64,000 nucleotides of DNA from the human T2T-CHM13v2.0 reference genome, Homo sapiens. The stretch is from NCBI RefSeq assembly GCF_009914755.1, contig NC_060931.1, one strand, 5' to 3'. The notes beneath the pieces were generated by a model that saw nothing but the letters and a program-made list of their open reading frames with translations, did no database searches and was not told the origin of the DNA. The position numbers and the translations under genes were made by a program. This document shows, piece after piece, positions 1 to 13,755 of the stretch. Each line of letters begins with the position of its first letter. The first letter of the stretch is position 1.

Positions 1-446
1 GGGGTGTTAAAGTCTCCCATTATTATTGTGTGGGAGTCTAAGTCTCTTTGTAAGTCTCTAAGGACTTGCTTTATGAACCTGGGTGCTCCTGTATTGGTTG
101 CATGTATATTTAGGATAGTTAGCTCTTCTTGTTGAATTGATCCCTTTACCATTATGTAATGGCCTTCTTTGTCTCACTTGATCTTTGTTGGTTTTAAGTC
201 TGTTTTATCAGACTCTAGGATTGCAACCCCTGCCTTTTTTTGTTTTCCATTTGCTTGGTAGATCTTCCTCCATCCCTTTATTTTGAGCCTATGTGTGTCT
301 CTGCACGTGAGATGGGTCTCCTGAATACAGCATACTGATAGGTCTTGATTCTTTATCCAATTTGCCAGTCTGTGTCTTTTAGTTGGAGTATTTAGCCCAT
401 TTACATTTAAGGTTAATATTGTTATGTGTGAATTTGATTCTGTCAT
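1..446 (-). pseudogene. L1 ORF2p endonuclease N-terminus, disrupted
   Basis: MTESNSHITILTLNVNGLN...CCIQETHL; in-frame stop at 174. Confidence 0.93.
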
Positions 447-509
447 TATGATGTTAGCCGGTTATTTTGCTCTTTAGTTGATGCAGTTTTTTCCTAGCAT
501 TGATGGTCT

Positions 510-1520
510 TTATAATTTGGCATGTTTTTGCAGTGGCTGGTGCTGGTTATTCCTTTCCATGTTTAGTGCTTCCTTCAGGAGCTCTTTTAGGGCAGGCCTG
601 GTGGAGACAAAATCTCTCAGCATTTGTTTGTCTGTAAAGGATTTTATTTCTCCTTCACTTATGAAGCTTAGTTTGCCTGGATATGAAATTCTGGGTTGAA
701 AATTCTTTTCTTTAAGAATGTTGAATATTGGCCCCCACTCTCTTCTGGCTTGTAGAGTTTCTGCTGAGAGATCTGCTGTTAGTCTGATGGGCTTCCCTTT
801 GTGGGTAAACCGACCTTTCTCTCTGGCTGCCCTTAACATTATTTCCTTCATATCAACCTTGGTGAATCTGACAATTATGTGTCTTGTGGTTGCTCTTCTT
901 GAGGAGTATCTTTGTGGTGTTCTCTGTATTTCCTGAATTTGAATGTTGGTCTGCCTTGCTAGGTTGGGGAAGTTCTCCTGGATAATATCCTGAAGAGTGT
1001 TTTCCAACTTGGTTCCATTCTCCCCGTCACTTTCAGGTACACCAATCAGACGTAGATTTGGTCTATTCACATAGTCCCATATTTCTTGGAGGCTTTGTTC
1101 TTTTTACTCTTTTTCTCTAAACTTCTCTTCTCACTTCATTTCATTCATTTGATCTTCAATCACTGATACCCTTTCTTCCAGTTGATCGAATTGGCTACTG
1201 AAGCTTGTGCATGCATTACGTAGTTCTCGTGCCATGGTTTTCAGCTCCATCAGGTCATTTAAGGACTTCTCTACACTGGTTATTCTAGTTAGCCATTCGT
1301 CTAATCTTTTTTCAAGGTTTTTAGCTTCTTTGCATTGGGTTTGAACTTCCTCCTTTAGCTCGGAGAAGTTTGATCGTCTGAAGACTTCTTTTCTCAACTC
1401 GTCAAAGTCATTCTCAATCCAGCTTTGTTCCATTGCTGGCAAGGAGCTGCGTTCCTTTGGAGGAGAAGAGGCACTCTCATTTTTAGAGTTTTCAGCTTTT
1501 CTGCTCTGTTTTTTCCTCAT
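510..1520 (-). pseudogene. L1 ORF1p, disrupted (stop at 1131 plus frameshift)
   Basis: MRKKQSRKAENSK... and RPNLRLIGVPE...QKHAKL ORF1p peptides split across two ORFs. Confidence 0.95.
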
Positions 1521-2094
1521 CTTTGTGGTTTTGTCAACCTTTGGTCTTTGATGATGGTGACATACAGATGGGGTTTTGGTGTGGATGTCCTTTCTGCTTG
1601 TTAGTTTTCCTTCTAACAGTCAGGACCCTCAGCTGCAGGTCTGTTGGAGTTTCTGGAGATCCACTCCAGACCCTGTTTGTCTGGGTATCAGCAGTAGAGG
1701 CTGCAGAACAGCGAATATTGCTGAACAGCAGATGTTGCTGCCTGATCGTTCCTCTGGAAGCTTCATCTCAGAGGAGTACCTGGCCGTGTGAGGTGTCAGT
1801 CTGCCCCTACTGGGAGGTGCCTCCCAGTTAGGCTACTTGGGGGTCAGGGACCCACTTGAGGAGTCAGTCTGTCAGTTCTCAGATCTCAAACTCTCTGCTG
1901 GGAGAACCACTACTCTCTTCAAAGCTGTCAGACAGGGACATTTAAGTCTGCAGAGCTTTCTGCTGCCTTTTGTTCGGCTATGCCCTGCCCCCAGAGGTGG
2001 AGTCTACAGAGGCAGGCAGGCATCCTTGAGCTGTGGTGGGCTCCACCCAGTTCGAGCTTCCAGGCTGCTTTGTTTACCTACTCAAGCCTCAGCA

Positions 2095-2277
2095 ATGGCG
2101 GGCACCCCTCCCCCAGCCTTGCTGTCACCTTGCAGTTCAATCTCAGACTGCTGTGCTAGCAGTGAGCGAGGCTCCGTGGTCGTGGCACCCTCCAAGCCAG
2201 GCACGGGGTATAATCTCCTGGTGTGCCGTTTGCTAAGACCATTGGAAAAGCGCAGTATTAGGGTGGGAGTGACCTGA
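2095..2277 (+). CDS. L1 ORF0-like antisense ORF (60 aa), expression unknown
   Basis: MAGTPPPALLSPCSSISDCCAS... matches the ORF0 N-terminus (MAGAPPPASLPPCSLISDCCAS); lies in the L1 5'UTR antisense. Confidence 0.6.
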   Translation: MAGTPPPALLSPCSSISDCCASSERGSVVVAPSKPGTGYNLLVCRLLRPLEKRSIRVGVT

Positions 2278-4587
2278 TTTTCCAGGTGCCGTCTGTCACA
2301 GCTTCCCTTGGCTAGGAAAGGGAATTCCCTGACCCCTTGCACTTCCCGGGTGAGATGATGCCTCGCCCTGCTTCGGCTCACACTCGGTGGGCTGCACCCA
2401 CTGTCCTACACCCACTGTCCGACAAGCCCCAGTGAGATGAACCTGGTACCTCAGTTGGAAATGGAGAAATCACCCGTCTTCTGCGCCACTCATGCTGGGA
2501 GCTGTAGAATGGAGCTGTTCCTATTTGGCCATCTTGGAACTGCCCCCCAGAGCCATAAAATCATTTTTTGATAAAGTAATTCACCATGATGATATACTAT
2601 TCCACATAATTTACATTTCATTTCAGTCACAATTTTTAGGGACATGTAATATAAAGTGAGGCACAACCAGAATAACAGATGGACTGGGCACCTGCTTATA
2701 GCAATGCAAAGCAAGGTACATAATAATGGGAAAGTGTATTGTGAAGGAATGTGGCATCTAATATTTCCCAAAGGAGCATCAAAGTAGTCACTATGGGGAA
2801 AAGAAACAGAACTTTATTAGACTTCCTTCCTCTTATTTAGCAATTTAGGTTATAGACATTAGCAAAGAAGGGGAGGAGCACCAAATCCTTTCCAATGCTT
2901 TAGGCTTCCAAAGGCATTCTGTCATCCTCAATGTGTGGATTTCACACACACATTTCACACTATGAAGTATATGATGGTTTGGCCTTTTCCAAGGTGACAA
3001 AGATTGAGATAAGGTTTAATCTAGATTCAAGACATTTTTATTCTATCTACTGAGATGCCATATATATCCAGACAAATGCATGAATTTTTGTTGCATCAGA
3101 GGCTACATAATGTTCAGACAGAACTTGGAGCAGAGCAGGAAGCGGGTTTCTATGTAGAACACCAGGTAAAATGTATGTAACTAAGATATAAACCAGCATC
3201 AACCAGGGCCTTTATTTAAACTTTTAAAAATATTTTGACCTGCAGCATTAGTATCACCTTTGTGATAACTATTATTCTGGGATTTTATATTATAATTATT
3301 ATTTCACTTTACTTTGATGAGTCCTTCTTTCACTTGAAAGTACCTTAATTTAGTCTATCAATTTCTCTCATAGTATAACATGGAGGAGGAGTAAAGGGTG
3401 TTATCTTTTGTTCAGCAGAGTGCCAGCCTCTGAGTACGATGTTCTACTACATTAAGTAATATACCATGAAAACCAAGGAAAAAACAATCCAAAAACTTTC
3501 CTGAGTTTGAGCTGTAGGGTTGGCCTTCAGTGAAAAAACATGAACTTTCTCAGATTTTCTCTTAGAGGAATTTCTGCTTTGATGTAGAATCGTAGCCTTG
3601 ACGAGGACTTGCAAAGCCATAGAAATGCTTTGTTTGAACTCCACAGAATTTTAATAATCCTGAAAGGTTACAATAAATTTCTGGCTGTTTTTGAAAAGTT
3701 CTTACATCTGTTCTTACTGGGTCCTCAATCAAACATGATCACAAGGTTTTTTGTAAACTGTGTGCTCTGTAATATATTTCAATGTGCAATCCTCGGACTC
3801 CATGAAATTTCAAGGCTATCAAATCAAAGCTCATGGCCTTAATACTAGTGGTACTGTTTGACACCCACCCCCTTCACTATTTATCTGGCTGTGAGAAGCT
3901 TCAGGGGATTGAAGATACATTTTGGTACTTTGAGGAACAAGTTATATATTCAGAAATCATAATAAACACAGAATACTTTTACACTCTCTAGTGGACAAAC
4001 CTTTTTCATAATGACATCATGCACATTCATATTTTTTAACTCTATCATCTTGAAACTGGTCTTCTGCTTTTGATTGTTTGCAAAAAAATTTGGACAATAT
4101 TTATGAGGCAAAAGTCCCTACAGGCCATCTATTCCCTTAAAAAGGTAAAATAAACTCAATGCAGAAAACACTTTTTTGATAGGATACAAATGAGGAATAT
4201 ATTAAGTAAATGAAGAATTGATGCTAGAAAAAGTATAACTACATTACAGGATTAAAACCACAGGACATCATTTTCCTGAATTCCCTGAGGACCTTTGTAA
4301 ATTACCAAAGACACTCAGGCCTCACTTTGAAAACCACTGACCCAACATAGACTCATAGTAATAATAGCGGGTCAATGCCTCTTGTCCAAACTTTAAATCA
4401 AAATGTCCACAATGAACAATTTGAATACTAATGAGTTGATATCATTCTTTAATAAATTTTAAATATTATAGAGAAATTAAGCATCACTACCTATCTGAAG
4501 TAGGTAGATTTACAGTAAAAAAAGGAACTCTCTCATCTTGTTCAGTTAAGACTACTGGCACTACTTCTTATGTAATTAAAGAAAGGA

Positions 4588-4700
4588 TTTGTAAAGATGA
4601 AGTCTTACTATGTTGCCCAGGCCAGCCTCGAACTCCTGGGCTTCTCCCATGTCAGCCTCCCAACATACTGGGAATACAGGCATGAACCACAGCACCTGGC
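4588..4700 (-). mobile_element. Alu monomer (FLAM-like), internally deleted
   Basis: tatgttgcccaggccagcctcgaactcctggg...ggcatgaaccacagcacctggc. Confidence 0.75.
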
Positions 4701-4819
4701 AGTTATGTAACTTTAAACCCATACCTGCATTTTAGCACTTACCACATTATTTTGTTTTTGCTTCTATATTTCTTTTTTCTAAAAGTCTTGAAGTCATGAA
4801 TCAACTCCAATTTCCTTCA

Positions 4820-4882
4820 AACCCCCAGCTCTTAACAGAGTACTTGGCATTTAAGTGTTCAGTAAATATTTGTTGAATGAAT
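4820..4882 (+). mobile_element. L2 3' end fragment
   Basis: acagagtacttggcat...cagtaaatatttgttgaatgaat. Confidence 0.6.
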
Positions 4883-6047
4883 ATATCAATTCACTAATTA
4901 TACAGCAGGCAACTTTTGGGGTAATCATATTACCATTCATGTTCTAGTACTACTACCCATTACTAAATTATTAAATTACTCATTACTACTCATTACTAAA
5001 TGTTCAAACTTTTAAAATTTGGGTTCTAAAACAATCTAAGTGATTGATCTCTCCCTTAGTTTCAAGTCCGTGTGTGAGAGAGAATGTGTGTGTGTTTTCT
5101 CTACCATCTTGAGAGAATAAATAAAGGTTTTTTTCTTTTTTTCCTTGGCATCCTCTAAAGAGGACCAAAGTCATCACAGGGCAGTCTAGGTCTCAGGCTT
5201 GGCAAAAATGCCCATTCTGGCCCATGTAGTTGACAGAAGTTACAATGTACTTCAATAAGCATGAAAGGTAGATTCTTAGACAAGAACACCACAGTTGCTA
5301 TGTGATTTCTTGTGTCTTAGAGTGAGAGACTTCAGCTCATAACAAGATAATCCACCTGTTCCAGATGAGGTCCTACCAGGTGCAAGAAACAGCAAGTGGG
5401 ACCCAAACAAGTCTCTTACACCCTCCAACCATGTCACTCTGAAACTCCAACATAATTACCTTAAATGGCTTTGGGAAAACAAAAAACTGTTTTTCACAGG
5501 TCAAGTCACCCAGATTTCCCATTTAAATGGCTGACGCTATTTCTTACTAATGCCACCAGGGCCTTCCTCCTACTTTGTTCACCTATTATATTATAGTGAT
5601 TAGACATGAAATATGCCAGCTGAATTTATATTATAACAATGACCAGTGTGTGTAGACATACACAATCAGTTTCCTGCAAGACTGGGAAGGGTCTACACAT
5701 GGGTCACATGTCCAAAGCCTACTTCTATAGCAATGTGGATAAATGTATGCACTGGAATTCCAGAAGACTGCTGCTCTGGAGAAAGGCAGTCAAAGTGGAG
5801 GAAGAATTACACTTCCTGTGGTTTTAAGAGCTTTTGAAGGTTTCTGAAAAGTTTTTAGTTGGGCTTGCAAAAGGCCCAGGACCATGAATTTGCAAATTTG
5901 AGATTATATCATCTTTTCCAGCTCTAACATTTCAGATGGCTAGAGTAAAACTCCACGTGTTTAAAAACTACCATTACTTAGCAGAAATGTGTACTGTTGT
6001 GCAGTTAACGGAACTTCTCATCGTTTTAAAATGAACTGAGTGGTAAA

Positions 6048-6210
6048 CAGTGTTTCTGGAATTTGAGAGTGCATACAGATCACCTGAGGATATTTTTAGA
6101 CTGTAGAATTGGATTAAGTATGTCTGGGGAGAACTCAAGATTCTGCATTCCTAAGGATGTCCCAGGTGATGGCAATTCTGCTGGTCTGCAAACCACACTG
6201 TGAGTCACAA
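6048..6210. mobile_element. MER5-family hAT-Charlie DNA transposon
   Basis: cagtgtttct...gatcacctgagg...ctgcattcctaa...ccaggtgatg...ccacactgtgag. Confidence 0.65.
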
Positions 6211-6895
6211 AGTGGAGTGCTTAGTGTAAGATTTTACTCAAAAACCACTAGTTCCTCACTTTTAGGGTAAAAAAAGCATCTGTGCAGTATCAGTAGATTT
6301 GGATAATTTACAATCTGCAAAGTATTTGATCTGCTCCCCTTTCTGATATATAATGTCATTGTTTAACGTTATATAAACTACATGATTTGTATATAACAGA
6401 TTAAAATAGTTTTTAAAAAGAATTGCACTTCTGAAAGCTTTGTTCATAGAACAAAAGGGTCAACGTTTCAGAACATAGATTGAGAATGGTCATGTGATTA
6501 CTATGATACATAGGACAAAGAAGGAAACAAAGAAAATGGCACACACATGCAGTCTGACAATAAGAAAAAGGAGGAGAGAATTTCAGCAGCTTTTAGAGAA
6601 TTCCATGATTCCAAGAAGGGTTTCAGATACACTGTGTAAATCTCCCAGACACGCCTCTTTCTAGAAAACCTAGAGCAACAATCACTGTTTTTTTTTGTTT
6701 GTTTGTTTGTTTTTTAAGGTTTCTGGAGTAGCACGAGAATATTTATTTCTGCTACACTTATAAATAGTGGCCAGGTTCTCTTTCTCTCTCTCCCTCTACC
6801 CACTTCTCTCTGCCCTTTCTCTCTCCCCAACTCCGTCTTTCTTTCTGAACTTCCTACTCTCTCCAACTTCCATGCACAATCCCCCATCAATAGAG

Positions 6896-7063
6896 CAGTG
6901 GTTCTTTCTTTGAGTGTTCATCAAAATCACTTGAGGAACTTGTCAGACATATCTTCCTGGACCCTACTCACAGATATGAGGAGCCAGCTAACCTCAGATG
7001 TTAACAAGCACCTGAAGTGATTCTGATGAAACTGGCCCACAGATAAAACTTTGAGAAACACTT
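6896..7063. mobile_element. MER5-family hAT-Charlie DNA transposon
   Basis: TIR-like ends cagtggttct / tttgagaaacact; ttaacaagcacc...gtgattctgatg. Confidence 0.6.
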
Positions 7064-7320
7064 CATCAGAGGTTAAATTATACTTTGTTATGCACCTTAT
7101 CAATAGCAGCAATCTACCGGTGATCTTTCACTCCCACATTCCAGGTCTCCATATATTCTTTAAGTATCTTTCTTTGGTTATAACTCGGTTTTCAACTGAG
7201 TTACAAAAATAGACACAGAAATATAACTATTACTCTTCTGTTTTAAAACAAGTCTCTCATGTGCTTTCCTCTTGACCAGCAGTTTGTGATATGTTCTGAT
7301 GGGAATTTAAGATTGTATAA

Positions 7321-7630
<310 letters not shown>

Positions 7631-8829
7631 TGTATAAAGCGTTTTAATGGGATTTTAAATTGTTCAGAGGAAAAGAATTTTTTCCTTTGATGTATGTTTT
7701 ATTTGAAAGCATTAAAAATATGTACAATTTCCACAAGCTTGAAAAGAAAAAACAGAGAGCCACTAGAATGAGTGACAACTTTATAATACATGTTTATGAA
7801 TTTCTGCTTAGTTTAAAAACAAAACAAACAAGCCAAAAAAAAACCTTAAAAACTTGTCGATCAGTGTTTCCCTCTAGAAAACTTTCAAGAAAATTCACAG
7901 ATGACAAAATATTAAGTCAGCTAAGATTATATCCTAAGTTCACCACACACCAGACAAGCTTCCACTAATCTTCAATGTCTTTGTAGCTTTACCTATTCCC
8001 CAGAGACAGGGTCTAATCTTTATAACATTAGCAGTTCATTTGTTATATCTGAAGTTCAAGAATTAAGGGAAATGGAGCACAGTAGTTTCCAGAGGCCTAT
8101 ATTTTCACTAAACCAAACTCTTCCACTATTCTGTGTTTCCTGTTTTCAAACACTTTTCATCCTTTTGTGAGGATCTGGTCCATTGAGATGTCTGAAATGT
8201 GCATCCTTTTGGTGTGCTTAACAAAAAAGCCCTGCATGGCTGGACCACTCCAGTCCATCCCTTGTGAATGAAGTTGAATGTACTTGAGTGACAAATGATG
8301 TATGAGCACCTTTCAAAAGAATGACACCAGTGATGGAGCTTCAGCATCACTCTGAACACTGAACCCTTCAAGATGCAATGGATCAATATCTACTAAGTCA
8401 AATGGGAACACAAATGCAAACCATTTAACATGCCAACAGCTCTATTTAAATAGCAAAAAAACAAAGAGAATAAGTGCATGCTTATGATAAGGTTTTAGTG
8501 GGCTTTTATTAACAAGTGAAGCCAAATCAGCAAAGCAAGTATTTATTAAGTACCCCCATGTGCAAAAGTGTTGATTGAAATGTTTATATCACTGTAGGAC
8601 CCAGAAAGCTATTGCATTCACCGAGATGTATTCCTGCCTCCAAGCTTGGCTCCAGAGGACTTGAAGGAGATTGTCAGCTCCAATGTGAGATGGTCTCACT
8701 GAACCCTGTCTATCCCTAAACCACCTCAGGAGTCCTGTTGATGCACTTGGCCAAAGATCAGTGCTGAGTGGGAATCAGGAAGTTTTCTATGAGGGGTTGG
8801 GTCCAAAACAACAAATGTTGGATTAGATT

Positions 8830-8990
8830 AGCGTTTTTCAAATCACAGTTCACGAAATTAATTAGTGAGTCACAATCCAACACATTTTCTTAAAAAAATA
8901 GAGAAAAATTCTATTAAAATTATCAGCAGATTACAAATAGTATGCCTAAGCATTGTTTCATGAAATATATATTATGGTTTTGTAGGTGCA

Positions 8991-9032
<42 letters not shown>

Positions 9033-9095
9033 TAGGTTGTTATGTGACATATATTCTAATGGTGAGCAGTAGTCCAAAAAGTTTGAAAGCCACTG
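8830..9095. mobile_element. hAT-Charlie-type DNA transposon remnant containing a (TG)n
   Basis: TIR-like ends agcgtttttcaaa / aaaaagtttgaaagccactg. Confidence 0.45.
8993..9030. repeat. (TG)n microsatellite
   Basis: Perfect GT dinucleotide run. Confidence 0.95.
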
Positions 9096-11057
9096 AATGA
9101 TCTAGTAACATCTTTTCCAATACAAAGGTCATACAGTTGTCAAATTTTCTAATTTCTGTGTGATTTTAAGTTAATATGTGCCAATTATGCTTGTATATAA
9201 ATTTTTTAAAGAGTGATTTTAGGTTCAGGTACAGAGATTTCCCATATACTCTCTGCCTCTGCATATGAATAGCCTCCCCCACTATCAATATCCCCCACCA
9301 TGGTTGTACATTTATTACCACTAATGACCTATTTTGATCCATCCTTATGACCCAGTGTCCATAGTTTACATTAGGGTTCACTCTTGGTGTTCTACATTCT
9401 ATGGGTTTAGATAAATGTATAATGACATGTATCCACCATTATGGTATCCTACAGAGTAATGTCACTGCCCTAAAAATTCTCTGTCTCTGCCTACTCATCC
9501 CTCTCTTCTCCTTAAACCCTGGCAACCACTGAGCTTTTTGCTGTCTCCCTAGTTGTACCTTTTCCAGAATGTTATATAGTTGGAATCATACAACATGTAG
9601 ACTTTTCAGATTGGCTTCTTTCACTTGGTAGTATGCACCTAAGTTTCATCCATGCCTTTTCATAGTTTGACAGCTCGTTTCTTTTTAGGGCTGAATAATA
9701 TTCCACTGTCTAAATATACCACAGTTTATGTATACTTTCGCCTATTGAATGTATACAAGCACCTTGGTTTCTTCAAGTTTGGGAAATTATGAACAAAGCT
9801 GCTATAAACATATGTGTGCAAGTTTTTGTGTGGACATCAAATTTTAATTGCTTTGGGTAAATATCAAGAAGTACAACTACTGGATCATATGTTTCATTTT
9901 GTAAGATACCACAAAACTGTCTTCCAAAGTGGCTGTTAAATTTTGCGTTGCTACCAAGCAATGAATGACAGTTCCTGTTGCTCCACATCCTTGCCAGCAT
10001 TTGGTGGTGTAAGTATTCTGGGTTTTGGCCATAGTAATAGGTGTGTAATGGGATCTCATTTTTTCCATTTGCATTTCCTTGATGACATATGAAATGAAAC
10101 ATCTTTTCATATGCTTATTTGCCATTTTTATATCTTCTTTGGTAAGATGTCTGTTAAGGTCTTTGGTCCATTTTTTAATCTGATTGTTTTCTTATTGTTG
10201 AGTTTTAAGAATTCTTTATATATTTCAGATAACAGTCCCTTGTCAAATATTTTCTTTCAGTCTGTGGCTTGTCTTTTCATTCTCTTGACGGTGTCTTTCG
10301 TAGTACAGGAATTTTAAATTTTCATCAAGTTCAACTTATCAGTTCTTCCATTAATGAGTCGTGCCTTCAGTTTTATATCTAAAAAGTCATCATCAAACTG
10401 AAGATCATCTAGATTTTCTCCTATGTTTTCTTTCAAGAGTTTTACAGTTTTTCATTTAGGTCAGTGATCCATTTTTGAGTTAAATTTCTGTGAAGGATGT
10501 AAGGCCTATAAAAATTCTTACTTTTGCATGTGGGTGTCCAGTTGTCTCAGCACTATTTGTTCAAAAGATTTCTAGTTCCATTATATTGCTTTTGATCATG
10601 TGTTAAAGATCAGCTTACTATATTTATGTTGGTTCATTTCTGGGCCCTCTATTCCCACCCCTTGTCTATTTTTCACCAATACCACATTATCTTGATTATG
10701 GTAGCTTTATGGTAAGTCTTAAATTCAGATAGTGTCAGTCCTCCAATTTTGTTCACCTTCAATATTGTATTGGCTATCCTGGTGTTTTTTTTGTTTGTTT
10801 GTTTGTTTGTTTTTGCTTCTGCATGTAAACTTTAGAATCAGTGTGTCAATATCCACACAATAACTTGCTGAGATTTTGACTGGGATTATATTGAATCTAT
10901 AGATCAAGGTAGGAAGAACTAATATCTTGACAATATTGAGTCTTCCTATCCATGAATATGGAATATCTCTCCATTTATTTAGTTCCTTTTTAGTTTCAGT
11001 TTTCTGGTTTTCCTCATAAAGTTTGTGTACAGGTTTTGTTATATTTATTTCTCAGCA

Positions 11058-11369
11058 CAGTCGTCCCTTGGCATCCATGGATGTTGATTTCAGGACCCCC
11101 CACAGATACTAAACTCCAAAAATGCTCGTTTCTAATATAAAATGGTGTAGCATTTGCATATAACCATGCACATCCTCCTGTAGGTTTTGAATCATCTCTA
11201 GATTACATATAATACTTAATACAATGTAAATGCTAGGTAAATACTGTATTATACTATATTTCTATTTGTCTTGTATTTTATCGTTACTTTTTATTTTTTT
11301 AATGAGTATATTTAATCTGCAGGTGATTGGATTCACAGATGCAGGACTCGTAGATACAGAGAGCCACTT
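11058..11369. mobile_element. MER2 (TcMar-Tigger)
   Basis: cagtcgtcccttggcatccatg...tataaaatggtgtagcatttgcatataacc...gatacagagagcc. Confidence 0.8.
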
Positions 11370-11516
11370 TATTTCATCTTTTTGGATGCTAACATAAATG
11401 GTATTGTGTTTTAAATTTCAAATCCCACTTGTTCATTGCTGATATATAGGAAAGTGAACGATTTTTGTATGTTTACTTTGTTAACTTTGCATCCTGAAAC
11501 TTTGCTATAATTGCTT

Positions 11517-11820
11517 TGCTTTTTTTCTTCTTCTTTTGACACAGAGTCTTGCTCTGTCACTCATGCTGGAGTGCAGTGGCATGATCTCAGCTCACTGCAA
11601 CCTCCCCTCCCAGGTTCAAGTGATTCTCGTGTCTCAGCCTCCTGAGTAGCTGGGATTACAGGCATGCACCACCGTGCCCAGCTAATTTTTTCTTATTTTT
11701 GGTAGAGATAGGGTTTCGCCATGTTGGCCAGGCTGGTCTCAAACTCCTGACCACAAGCGATCTGCCCACCTTGGCCTCCCAAAGTGCTGGGATTACAGGC
11801 ATGAGCCGTGATACCTGGCC
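11517..11820 (-). mobile_element. AluS (Sx-like)
   Basis: Full dimer; TSD tataattgctt at 11506-11516 and 11821-11831. Confidence 0.92.
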
Positions 11821-12560
11821 TATAATTGCTTATTAATGCCAGAAATCTTTTTTGTGGATTCTCTCAGATTGTCTATATAGATGATCGTGTCATCTGCAAA
11901 TAAAGATAGTTTTATTTCTTCTCTTCCAATCTGTATACCTTTTATTTCCTTTTCTTATTGTATTAGCTAGGACTTCCAATACAGTGTTGAAAAGCAGTGG
12001 TGAGAGGGGATATCTTCCCTTTGTTCCTGGTCTTAGAAGGAAGGCTTTATGTTTCTTGCCATTAAGTATAATGTTAGCTGTAGGTTTTTTGTAGAAATTA
12101 TTTATAAAGTTGAGGAAATTCTCATTATTCCTAGTTTACTGAGAGTTTTTATCAGGAATGAGGCTTTAATTTTGTCAAATACCTTTTCTACAACAATTGA
12201 TATGATCATATGATTTTTCTTATTTAACCTTTCGATGTGATGGATTTCATTAATTCATTTTAAATGTTGAAACAGGCTTGCACACCTGGGATTAATCCTA
12301 ATTGGGTTTTGGTATATAATTCTTTTTATACATTATTAATGCAGTTGGCTAATATTTTGTTGAGGATTTTTGCATCTATGTTCCTGAGAGTTGTTGGGCT
12401 GTAGTTTTCTTTTTTTGTAATACCTTTGCCTAGTTTTGGAATTAGACTAATACCCAGCCTCATTGAATTAGTTAGAGTCAGAATACTCTCTCTGCTCCCA
12501 TTTTCTGAAAGAGATTGTAGAGTATTGGTATAATGTCTTCCTTAAACGTTTGGTGGAATT

Positions 12561-12951
<391 letters not shown>

Positions 12952-13755
12952 TTATTTATTTAATGTATTTAATAAATCCAGGCCTATTCACATTGTTTAT
13001 TTCTTCTTGTGTGAGTTTTAGAAGATTGTATCTTTCAAGGAATTGGTAAATTTATCTAGGTTATCAAATGTGGGCAGAGAGTTATTCATTGTATTCCTTT
13101 ATTATTCTTTTAATGTCCACCGGATCTGCAATGATGTCACCTCTTTCATTCTTGATATTAGCAATTCATATCTTCTCTCATTTTTCTTAGACTGGCTAGA
13201 GGATTACCAATTTTATTGATCTTTTCAAAGAACCAGCTTTTGGTTTCATTGATTTTCTCTATTTCAGGTTTTCAATTTCTTTGATTTCTGCTCTAATTTT
13301 TATTTCTTTCTTTCTGCTTACTTTGGATTTAATTTGGGTAATTTAATTTCTGTTTATAACTTCCTAAGGTGGAAGCTTAGACGGTAGAGTTTAGATCTGT
13401 TTTTCTAATATATGCATGCATTCAATACTATAAATTTCCCTCCATGTACATTTTAACTGCATCCCCCAAATTTGGGTAAGTTGTATTTTCATTTCCATTT
13501 GGTTTAAAATATTTTTAAATTTATCTTGAGATTTCTTATTTCACCCATGTCTTATTTAGAAATCTATTGTTTAACCTCATATTTGAGGATTTTCCAGCTA
13601 TCTTTCTGTTACTGTGTTCTAGTTTAATTCTGTTGTAGCCTAACAGCAGACATTGTATGATATCTGTTTTAAAAAATTTGTTGAAATATGTTTTATGGCC
13701 CAGAATGTGGTTCTGTCTTGGTGAGTGTTCCATGGTAGCTCAGAAAGAATATATA

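Larger units (their letters stand above)
1..2548 (-). mobile_element. LINE-1 L1PA (L1PA5-like) 5' portion: 5'UTR, ORF1, start of ORF2 (L1-C); continues beyond window start
   Basis: Minus strand begins GGGGGGCAGTTCCAAGATGGCC (YY1 site) at 2548; ORF1 fragments 1520-510; ORF2 endonuclease N-terminus starts at 446. Confidence 0.97.

Noticed and set aside
1131-1133. ORF1 TGA stop shared by L1-C and L1-A (22874-22876) as conversion evidence
   Set aside because: CGA>TGA is recurrent CpG decay, so it is uninformative.
3447-3842. Two short ORFs (65 and 77 aa) in unique DNA as possible host exons
   Set aside because: Non-ATG starts, no recognisable domain, and no convincing splice acceptor/donor pair keeping a frame open.
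8126-8386. 86-aa minus-strand ORF in unique DNA
   Set aside because: No recognisable homology or splice context; length within chance expectation.
8441-8452. Palindrome CTATTTAAATAG as a MEF2 site
   Set aside because: Spacing does not fit YTA(W)4TAR; a single 12-bp AT-rich palindrome is unremarkable.
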